Source of the DNA: Epithemia pelagica
Taxonomy: Eukaryota > Protista > Bacillariophyta
Length of the DNA stretch: 64,000 nt
Reading direction: 5' to 3'
Assembly: GCA_946965045.2 (NCBI GenBank)
Contig: OX337231.1
Location: 248,001-312,000, forward strand
This document shows, in pieces, positions 55,253-64,000 of the stretch. Position numbers and translations under genes: made by a program. How positions within the stretch are numbered: the stretch's first letter is position 1; each line of letters opens with the position of its first letter. Below the pieces are notes generated by a model. The model ran no database searches, had not been told where the DNA came from, and saw nothing but the letters and a program-made list of their open reading frames with translations.

Positions 55253-55821
55253 TGCCATGGCACCAGGCAGCCAAAAAATAAAGCTTATTTCCACATAAAG
55301 CGTTCCCGAATAATTTCCACCCTCAGATCGTCGTTTCTTTGGCATTTTTGGCACAAACGAAGCGCCACTGTTTCCTGTTCGTTGACCCCGCTGTGAAGCG
55401 CTACTTTGTACTCGTTTGCGATGAAGGGAGAGGGAGCGATGGGGGGTCTTTCGAAATTACGAACAATGACTGAATCTCGATGACCCTGGTCACAAAGACG
55501 CGCAAAATCTTATAGGGAGTCCTTCCCTATGACCCGTGATTGGTTGGGAGCAATTTTGTTGGGTAGAATCGGGCAATAGAAAATAATTCAATTGACTGTG
55601 TAAAAAATCGGTAAGGAATGTCTCTCTGTCGGTGGCCTCCGAGCATCTATCACATCATGGTATAAAGGCAAAAGCCGATAGTATCCGATTGATTTGTGCA
55701 TGAAAGTATAGTATTGTTTGGTTGGGTTCTATCTATATTTCACAGAGATCGGGGAAAAAAAAGCCTTGCTCTCTGTCGAGTGCATTCGACTCGATCCGTC
55801 GCTCCATTCCTCATCCAAAAT

Positions 55822-57459
55822 ATGAAGATTCCTTTGGTGTGGGCACCGCTCTTGTCCTTGGTCATTTCCTTGGTGTCGTTGTATCATAGCATTTTGTTGA
55901 CCAGTCAGGACGACGAGGTGGCAACCACCAGATATGCACCACATTCCTATCGTCGTTCACCACGACCATCATCATCTCTGTACAATCACCAACAACCACA
56001 ACCACAACACAATTATGTTTCCCTCAACAACCAGACCACAAGAACAACGAGTCGAATGGCAACTGTCGCTTCCCAAAATTCCTACCGACAGTCTTCCAAC
56101 ATTCCTTCCAAAACGAACTCTCTGTCCTCACTTCCCGTTATTGATATTTTGAGTGTCGGATGTCGGGAACAACAACGGTGGCATCAAGCGCAAGAGGCAA
56201 GTTTTTTAGCGCACAAGGCGGTGCGGCATTTTTATGGCGTGACCGAAGACGACGATACGCATGCCCAATGTGCCGCCAAACTCAACCCCAATCGCGTCTG
56301 GCGCATTAGCACTGCCTGTGCCAAACCCAAACCGCAATACCCCATCTTGAACCAGTTTTTGCAATTCTTTTTTGCTCCCCAAACCCTCTTGAAAAAACGC
56401 AATCCCGGTGGCTGGTTGTGCGCCCAAACACGACCCTTTGATGGCTTTCGGCGCCTCGTGGACAAATACAAGTATCAAGACGCACAAAATTTGCCCGATT
56501 ATTTGATTGTCGTGGACGATGATACCTGGGTCAATATCAATCATGTTACGCAATTCGTCACTCAAGCCTATCCAGCACAACATGCGCATGTGGTGGCCGG
56601 ATGTCTCATGAAGACCGATCCCAAAGATTTCAATTTCACGGTTGCCTACGGTGGGTATGGAATGGTCTGGACCAAACAAGCCTTGCGCAGATTCTTAATG
56701 CCACTGCAATGTACTGATTTTGCCGAATCGTCGGCCAAACCAACACCACGAGACAAAAACGGCCACCCAAACCAGAACAACCAGGTCCGAAAGCCACGAT
56801 ACCAACCTCTACCGGGGGACCCGGAAGAAACCGATGCCGACTTTGTGCGGTCGGCCTGTTGGCAATTGCAACAAAATGCCATTGGAGAATTGCACCTCTT
56901 TGAAAACGGCATGAGTTTAGCTGATGTCCTGCATGCCTATGCGATTGATCAACCCTTTGAAAACGCCAAACATTGGAATGCCAACCACAGCACGGGTTTT
57001 TGTATGCACAGCGACTGGGCCTGGTCCTACTTTGTCAATTTTTATCACTTGAGCAAACCCCTCGACCATCCTCATCATGCCCGAGTTTTTCAACCCATGA
57101 TTCGCAAGACCTTGTCGCACGAACGTCATACGTTACCAGATCACTTGTTTTACAATCGAATGGCCGGTTACAATGGCAGTTTGTATCACATGTTTCAATC
57201 CCATCGGAGTAAGGATTTTCGAACCTACAACAATCCGCAACAATGCGCTCATGGAATTGACATGGTCGATGGCAGAAAAAAGTCGTCTCGATTTGGCAAT
57301 GAAAATTGCAATCTCACGGCTCATTTTTGTCATCGCATTACACCACGTCACATCCAAACCTTGCATCAACAAAGTGTCAAACAATGGCCCGATAATTATC
57401 AATCGCGTCCCAGACACCCCAAGACACGAAAGAAGAAGAATGGACGCAACGAAAAATGA
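55822..57459 (+). CDS. GT31/Fringe-like glycosyltransferase, type II membrane protein
   Basis: N-terminal anchor MKIPLVWAPLLSLVISLVSLY, DxD motif YLIVVDDDTWVN, and AYGGYGMVWTKQAL. Likely ATG at 55822. Confidence 0.75.
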   Translation: MKIPLVWAPLLSLVISLVSLYHSILLTSQDDEVATTRYAPHSYRRSPRPSSSLYNHQQPQPQHNYVSLNNQTTRTTSRMATVASQNSYRQSSNIPSKTNSLSSLPVIDILSVGCREQQRWHQAQEASFLAHKAVRHFYGVTEDDDTHAQCAAKLNPNRVWRISTACAKPKPQYPILNQFLQFFFAPQTLLKKRNPGGWLCAQTRPFDGFRRLVDKYKYQDAQNLPDYLIVVDDDTWVNINHVTQFVTQAYPAQHAHVVAGCLMKTDPKDFNFTVAYGGYGMVWTKQALRRFLMPLQCTDFAESSAKPTPRDKNGHPNQNNQVRKPRYQPLPGDPEETDADFVRSACWQLQQNAIGELHLFENGMSLADVLHAYAIDQPFENAKHWNANHSTGFCMHSDWAWSYFVNFYHLSKPLDHPHHARVFQPMIRKTLSHERHTLPDHLFYNRMAGYNGSLYHMFQSHRSKDFRTYNNPQQCAHGIDMVDGRKKSSRFGNENCNLTAHFCHRITPRHIQTLHQQSVKQWPDNYQSRPRHPKTRKKKNGRNEK

Positions 57460-58022
57460 AAAAGGGGAATGGTCAGTGATGGATTGTCAGTTCTCTCTGG
57501 TAGACAAGATTCACCATCACCTTTCTCTGGTGGTGCAGTGAAACCAAAACACTCTGCCTGAAAGAAAAACGCACTTTTTGGATGTGCTTTCTTGTAGAGA
57601 AACCTTTTGTCACTGGAAAAAAACGTTCCGTTGGTCGAGCCACGACACTTGGAGTTGGTATGTCGACTATTAACCATAAAATTCCACACTGTGATTGGTT
57701 GGTTGGTTTGTGTTGTGTTTGTTTCTCCCCGTATGTCGTCATGGTTAGAGGCTCTCGATCGGTGGTCCCGGCGGGAATCTTCTGCCGTGCACTAGACGCA
57801 TTTAGGTCGCTTTTATCAGGCAGAATTCCCTACCAATAGCAGCAATACCTGCATGTTGTGCGCGCAGGGCGATTTGATTTTGTGCGAATACCGTATCAGA
57901 AAGGTAGTTTTTACTGTGGAATAATGTATGGGGCCAATCTTGTTAAATATAAGACCCTCATTTCACCTCAAAACGACTCACCATTTACAAGACTCTCCCA
58001 TTTACCGATTTTTCAACGAATT

Positions 58023-58087
58023 TGTCAGCGGTTTGTTCCTTTGAATAAACCTGTTCCTTGAGAATTTTACGGAACTTACCGCTGACA
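58023..58087. repeat. Imperfect inverted repeat upstream of the RAG1-like gene
   Basis: tgtcagcggtttgttcc ... ggaacttaccgctgaca (15/17 match, 31-bp spacer). Confidence 0.8.
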
Positions 58088-58411
58088 GTTTCATTGAAAA
58101 ACCATGAAACGACAAGCAGTCCAAACTCACCTCCTTGCCGATCATTGGATTTGCTGCCACAATTTCCTAAAAAAAAAACCCGAGCGGTCCGTCACACTCC
58201 CTGATCATAAAATATATACAGGATTGAACATAACATAAAAGATCAGTCGCCTATCATTCTCACTTCCAACATCTCATCAAATAGCATGTTACACCTCCCT
58301 CCGACCATCTCCCTATTGCAATGTTACTGTCATTTGATCCATTGTTTCTATTTGTCTAAATTTTAGAAGTCATTATGCTGTTGATGCTTTTAAAGCGTAA
58401 TAGACTTTGGA

Positions 58412-61400
58412 ATGCCACGAAGAAAAGCCGCCAAGCGGTCGTCACAAGATGTCCAAATATCCCCATCTCGTCGTCCACCGAAGCGACAGTCTCAACGCAT
58501 TTCGGATGCTCAGAAGAGACAGGAGTACAAAGAAGCGTACAAGGTTGCTGAAGAAAATCAGTCCTTGCTTCCATCACCCAACAAACAGACCCGGCAACGT
58601 CGTGAAGAATCCCAAGTTGGCACTGATTCAAACTCTGTCGAGAAGAAACGACTTGCAAAGATTCTTCTCTCGTGCTCGGAAAACGACAAAGTTCCCTGTT
58701 CTTTATACGGCCGTGACAGGCAAACGAAGTACCCTGGCTTTAAGTTTTGTTCCAAATGTTACGACGCCGACACAGCGGAACAAACCAGACCGAATTGTTT
58801 TATAAACCGAAAAGCAAAAGATGGGCGGTACACCTGCCAATCAAACCATACCAGTTTTGTTCGGCCGACCCATCGAGATCCCAAGTCGAAGTATTATCCG
58901 TTACCACCTCCCACCTCACTGTTTTGTATTCCACTCGAGCAACGTAAAAAAACCAATCCTGACCCCCCTGACACAAAAGCAGCCGCCTCTGCGCCTCCCT
59001 CATCCCTCGAAGAAATCATGTTCAACAGAAATTTTGGTACGTCGAATGATTCTCCAGACTATCTTCAACAACAACTCCGCCAACTTGCGGAATCTATTAG
59101 CGAAGAAGAGATTCCCCAGTCATTCCAAACCCAAGAAGAGTCATCCAAATCCCACGAGACCCCATCTACCACCAACAAGAACTCTCCTGATCCTCAAGAA
59201 CCCGAAGATTTTCCGGACGACAACAGCCTTGACGATTTACCTCCATGGGAATGCGAAGTTGATATGGAGGAACAAGATGACTTACCCCCTTTCCCTAACC
59301 TCCACAAAGAAGCGCAAAGAACTTACGAATCTGACCCAAACTTAGAGCGATATGATAGCGCTGTAGACAGTACACATGATGAGAATGTTAGCCTCCTCCA
59401 ACAGAAGATCATTGAGCTCACCTTGGAATTAGAACAAACGAAGAAGGACCTTGATAAATGTCGTGCGAACCTCAAGCAACGCAACGATGATGTAGGATAC
59501 TGGCGTAAAAAAGACAAAGATCGTAAGACAGCAGAACAAACAACAGAGAAACCAAGTGCTATGGACTGTCTCCCGAAGTCTTGTTATAAAGACGACGACC
59601 GTGCTACACTCGTAGAGCACATTAGACAAGTGCTGAAGAGGGCAACATCAAACATGGAACCGACAAGTCGTGCAGCGGGCATGTTTTTTCGCGACGTGGC
59701 TTGTGTTTGTCTCGACAAACGTATCCACCACGGCTTGCTATTCGAATCCTCTTACCAGGTTTTCAGGCAATACGTGCGTAATTTTGTTTATACTCCCTAT
59801 AACATCTTGAAGAAAATGGATCTCATGGGAGGAAGGTTAAACTTTGGAGGGATTGAGGTTCTACGCTCTGTAGAAACCAACGGAAAATCTCACCAGAGAA
59901 CACTACTCCCGAGCACCTCTGCTCTACAGGATTGTGCAAACAAGGTAGAACAATATGGGTCTCGACTCTGTCCCTACAAGCTTATGCGGAATAAAACCAC
60001 TGGTGCTGAAGGCTTTACGTTCCGGGCGTCTGATGTTATGTCTTGTATTCTCATTTCGGGACATTGCCTCTATGGAGATGCCAAATGGCGGCCAATTCGG
60101 CTGGCACAGAGCCTAGATGGAGCTCTTTTCACTAGAAACCTCAGTCACACTTTGGGCGGCCTCAAGTTCAATGACAGTTCGAATAGTCTTGCACAATCGC
60201 GGAACAGTTGCTTCCCTATTGTGTGTGTCTGCCAACCAGAGAGCAAGGGCCTTGTTCGATCAATTTTCCGCAACATGTTCCAAGAAATTCGAGAGGGAGC
60301 GATGAAAATCCTCCCCAAACAGTTCGGTATCTGGCCACTTCAGATATGTACGAACTGTGATATGAGTTGTGAATGGAAGTTACTTGGGCGCGGTGGAGCG
60401 GCACAGCAAGTAACATTCCCCTGTTCGAAGTGTACCGTGCGTAGCGGCGAATTACATCTATCCAAGAACAGAGTCAGCGCATGTAAACTCTGTAAGCAGT
60501 TGAAGCATGTAGATAAACCTGGTTGGGTGTGTTACCACCATACAATGTGTACACCGGAACACATGGCCGATATGCATGGCGAAGTCAAGAGATTTACCGA
60601 CGAGATGCCCGAGATCCAAAAGAAATTTACGAAGATATGGGCGGACAGTATGATATCAATTCCGAATGACCCAAGACTTACGCCTTCGGACAAGGAGTTG
60701 GGAGACATCCGAAGCATTCATTTCGATCTGACGAAGGCATCTGCCGCTGAGAGACGTGAATATGCCCGCATCCTCACTAATGACCTTGTCGAGAGAAAGT
60801 TGGATGTCTCAGGTACACTAAAAGACCGTCAAGGACGATTGAAAACTTATCATATACGAGAGTGGGAGTATTACCAAGCTAGTCGAGTGATTGAGGATTA
60901 CAAAGCATCCAGTCAATCTACAGCAATGGTGTATCTAATGGATACAGTGCCGTGCATTCTCCACATGGAGAATCGCATGGGCATAAAAATTCTTTCGATG
61001 GCTCTCAAATACGGACTTCAGAGTGCAATGAATGACGAACTAGCTTGGATTCCTGCCGACAAGAGAACAAACGAAGGTGATAGATGCACAGCTTTCATTC
61101 AGACAATCAATGACGTCATGTGTCGTTTCTGCCTTGGTACGGTCGAGCTACCAACTCACTGGAAAGCCCCGTACGACGAGAACAAGAAAGAATTGGGAGC
61201 GATAACTATGGACAATGTACGAATCCGTCGTCTGCTTCCTCATTTTGACAAGTTAGTCAAGCTTTGCATCCACAAGGAATCCGATCGAGTTCTTTGGTCG
61301 GAATGTGTTGGTCATTACCGTGAATCAATGAGATTGATCAATGTCAAGACAGACATGACACAAACTCAGATCGAAGACTACCAAAAATCAGCGGACTACT

Positions 61401-62341
61401 TCTTTCAGATTTGGGTCAGGCTTACAGGAGAGCATGGAATCACTAACTACTGTCATCTAATCGGTAGTGGCCACCTGTTCGATTACCTAGAACACTGGAA
61501 GAACCTATCCTCGCATGCACAGCAAGGATGGGAAGGTGAGTTCAGTCCATTTGCTTGCGAGCTACATGTTGCTCCGTGGTCTGTGTTTCTAATCTCCATT
61601 GGATGAGCAGCTTTCAATAGTCTCTTTAAGACCTACTACTTCCATAGGACACAACGGGGCGGAAGCACCAATGCGGGGAAAGGCCGTCAGTCTCGTCTTG
61701 AACCAATGGCAAGATGGTTGCAGAGACGCATGGTCTTCATGTGTGGATACACATGGGAGGGTATTGTTGAGGGAAACAGGCTGACAACGGAAGAAGATAT
61801 TCGGAAACGAGATGAATGGATCCAGAAAAAAGGTGGCACCATGGAATTTTGTCGCCCTATTACTCAAAATGAACAAGGTAAGGAACAAACAAGTGCGCAG
61901 GAATCGACAGGAACAAGTAATGAAGAAGCACAAGGAACAGAAGAAGCGGAACAAGGAACAACACAAGATGGAACCCAGACATCGATGGACTCAGTCATTG
62001 TTTCGGACATAGCTCAGCAACAAACACAACATGATCCACCAAATCAAAGCGAAGTGGGGCAACAGGAAGAAAGATCAACAGACACGCAAACAAGGCAAGT
62101 TGAACCGGAAACAGCCGAACAACAGTCCACACAGAATGCATCTAAGTCTGCGAGAGATAAGGCAGCAGAAGCGGCGGAGATAGCGGCACAAGAGTTCCGT
62201 GAGGACGTAGAAGAACTTGCAAACTGGGAATTCTACGATCCTGGAGAAACTTGGAGTACACCGGAGACCATAATGCACGGCGTAGATCTGTTCGACGAGG
62301 GAGATGATCTATTCGATGCAAATACAGAATACGAATTGTGA
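58412..62341 (+). CDS. RAG1/Transib-like DDE transposase (1284 aa), intact; intron 61536-61610
   Basis: Motifs are colinear with the RAG1 core: QSLDGA (D569; RAG1 ESCDGM), SRNSCFPIVCVCQPES (RAG1 CCKPLCLMLADES), TNCDM...FPCSKC (D650, C671/C674; RAG1 GYDEK...ICTLC), PCILHM (RAG1 DALHC), GITNYCHLIGSGH (H1015/H1021; RAG1 KITNYFHKTLAH) and QQGWEAFNSLFK (E1041; RAG1 SEGNESGNKLF). The intron G|GTGAGT...CTAAT...CAG|CT joins in frame to the 61706-62341 ORF. Confidence 0.85.
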
Positions 62342-62434
62342 AGAAAATGTCATCGATAGAAGCAAGATTTAAGAAACTTATTTAGTATCTACTGGGAAAC
62401 GAAATAGATTTGAGGTGTATTCGTAGAGATGGAA

Positions 62435-63931
62435 TCAAGCAAAATCATTTATATCTTGGAGAAGACTGGCTGGATCAGTTCGGATGGTCGTCCATTGAGA
62501 CTCGGGATTGTCTTCATACTTGAACTTGGCTCCACCAACACAGCGGCATGTGTATTTGGAGACGGCACCATCCTTCCTAATTTCAACCACTTCCATAACA
62601 GAGTGGTCTCCATGAAAGTACTGGGAACCAATCTTGATATGCATAGCGGCTTCTTGGTCAGCATCAAGAATGGACTCTTGGTCTTCTTCTTGTTCCTCAT
62701 TATCGGACGACTCAGAGGTGCTATCATCAAGACGACGTCCTTCGAGTAATGCCCGAAGATTGGGGCACGGCGGAATGTTGGCCATCTTTCCTTCTTGAGT
62801 TAAAAGATAATGGAACCTCTGGCAACCAACAGTCAATCGGACATTGAATGGAGAGAAGGCAAAGTCGACTCTGGACTCAAGGCAACGACGCTTAAATGGA
62901 CGTTCTGTTTCATTGTCTTCCTTGCTTCCACCAACAACAGCGAGATTGTGTCCACGAAGAAGTGGTAAGCCATCACGTCCATCATCCAATCGGGGACGTC
63001 TCTCCGAAAAACCAACAGTAGCTCCGAGACCAAGCAACATACGGAGAATCTGGAGTTCTCCTTCCGACTTGAACCGAATAATGGCCGCGTTGAATGAGAT
63101 CTTGATCTTGGATCTGCGAAGATTTTGGTCGAGATGGAAGAAAGATTCCGACAAATTAATGGGGTGAGTATCGATAGAGGAAAGATAATTTGCGACAACA
63201 ATAATATAATGAATGGCCTCCATCGGTAGGTGTCCAATGGACAGGGACAAAACTTCTTTCTCTGAAGCTTGTCCAGACCTCTTGTTCAGGAGTTTGGACA
63301 AACCTTTCTGGAGCCCATAGAGTCCGTTCCAAATGCTTGTGTGAAGGCAGCGTTGGGGTACAATGGACGTCGTCGGTTTGATGTAGTCAGGGTGATCATT
63401 CGCAAATCCAAAATTGGCATTGTCAGGAAGGGGGCGAAGAATGCGCGTCTTGTAACCATTCTCGTACTTGTGGTCTTCCCAATAGCGGACAATGTAAACG
63501 TTGTAAAGCCCAGAAGCCCATGCATTTTTGGGTTGCGAAAGTTCGGAGATCGTGAAAACAAACGCAGGAAATAGGAAGGAGAGTTTGGCCGGGTTTGTTG
63601 TGTATGAGATCCAACATAAGTCTTGTGATTCGTAGAGTTCAACTTGATTCGCTCCAGGTCCATGGAGAAGGGAGGTAAAAGAATGGGAAGGGGGTTTGTA
63701 TTTTGACGGATCATTAGGCTTCTTGAATAGAGGATGAAACAACCGAATGCGAATGTCCCATTTGTTTTCTTCTTCTTCGTCCCATTGACGACATTCCAAA
63801 CGACCGACATAATCGATCCCTTTCTTCTTCAATACAACGAACGAACCAATTCGTAAGGTATCCTTGATGGAATTGTCAAAGTGGGCGATTTGGTTTGGGT
63901 AAACCGTTTGCTCATAAGGTTCCTCTGACAT
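62435..63931 (-). CDS. 498-aa protein with N-terminal BAH-like domain and C-terminal acidic region / small beta-barrel; convergent partner of the transposase
   Basis: LRIGSFVVL...YVGRL...IRIRLFHP...ELYES...AFVF...NVYIVRY follows the BAH strand pattern. Its stop is 93 bp from the transposase stop. Confidence 0.6.
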   Translation of the reverse strand: MSEEPYEQTVYPNQIAHFDNSIKDTLRIGSFVVLKKKGIDYVGRLECRQWDEEEENKWDIRIRLFHPLFKKPNDPSKYKPPSHSFTSLLHGPGANQVELYESQDLCWISYTTNPAKLSFLFPAFVFTISELSQPKNAWASGLYNVYIVRYWEDHKYENGYKTRILRPLPDNANFGFANDHPDYIKPTTSIVPQRCLHTSIWNGLYGLQKGLSKLLNKRSGQASEKEVLSLSIGHLPMEAIHYIIVVANYLSSIDTHPINLSESFFHLDQNLRRSKIKISFNAAIIRFKSEGELQILRMLLGLGATVGFSERRPRLDDGRDGLPLLRGHNLAVVGGSKEDNETERPFKRRCLESRVDFAFSPFNVRLTVGCQRFHYLLTQEGKMANIPPCPNLRALLEGRRLDDSTSESSDNEEQEEDQESILDADQEAAMHIKIGSQYFHGDHSVMEVVEIRKDGAVSKYTCRCVGGAKFKYEDNPESQWTTIRTDPASLLQDINDFA

Positions 63932-64000
63932 GTTCGATTAGCCTCGTTTGGGAAGAGGTATGGATGGAGAAGAATGGATGCAACTATGATCTCGTATGTT

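Larger units (their letters stand above)
53557..55703 (+). promoter_or_regulatory. Three copies of a GATT(G/A)ATTTGTGCATGA module (53557-53574, 54018-54035, 55686-55703); the third lies about 120 bp upstream of the GT31-like ATG
   Basis: Direct sequence match. Each copy is followed by AGT..AGT..TATTGT, and the 2nd and 3rd are preceded by CAA(G/A)AGCCGAT. A regulatory role is inferred. Confidence 0.45.
57790..64000. mobile_element. Putative two-gene RAG1/Transib-like DNA transposon; left end uncertain, right end outside the window
   Basis: Intact transposase plus a convergent ORF. CAC-starting candidate ends at 57687 (CACTGTG) and 57790 (CACTAGA) are unverified. Confidence 0.55.

Noticed and set aside
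57687-57712. A true recombination signal sequence (CACTGTG with nearby GGTTTGTGT)
   Set aside because: The order and orientation of the heptamer and the nonamer-like sequence do not form a 12- or 23-RSS on either strand.
62435-63931. Calling the convergent ORF a RAG2 orthologue
   Set aside because: No kelch-repeat pattern and no Cys/His PHD finger are visible. Only the position matches RAG2.
57790-64000. CACTA/EnSpm classification based on CACTAG at 57790
   Set aside because: The protein motifs follow RAG1/Transib rather than EnSpm TnpD, and a 5-6 bp match can occur by chance.

Overview
Eukaryotic, diatom-like genomic window: short GT-AG introns, a bipartite plastid presequence, and an AdoMetDC-aminopropyltransferase-SET fusion typical of diatoms. 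No rRNA, tRNA or CRISPR array was recognised. From left to right: (1) 0-9.7 kb, a tyrosine-recombinase (DIRS/Ngaro-type) retrotransposon whose gag-like and RT/RNase H regions lie in one reading frame, split by a leaky-type UGA-CUA stop, with two antisense ORFs converging on the recombinase. (2) 10-23 kb, a frameshifted beta-helix surface-protein gene, a candidate long-chain-polyamine synthase with a very long N-terminal extension carrying TPX2-like FKARP motifs, and a single-pass receptor (iGluR-like ligand-binding domain plus EF-hands). (3) 24-57 kb, a duplication-rich, partly pseudogenised region with 4 copies or fragments of a GT15-like glycosyltransferase, a lipase-like/GTPase fusion, a MITE, a chimeric NTPase-nuclease gene that has captured a neighbour's plastid presequence, a HYR/EF-hand gene, a large ricin-lectin pseudogene and a GT31-like gene. 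(4) 58-64 kb, the most striking feature: an apparently intact, intron-containing RAG1/Transib-like DDE transposase (1284 aa) lying tail-to-tail with a BAH-like-domain gene, a layout reminiscent of RAG1-RAG2 transposons but with a different partner. All family assignments come from manual motif recognition; no database searches were run.
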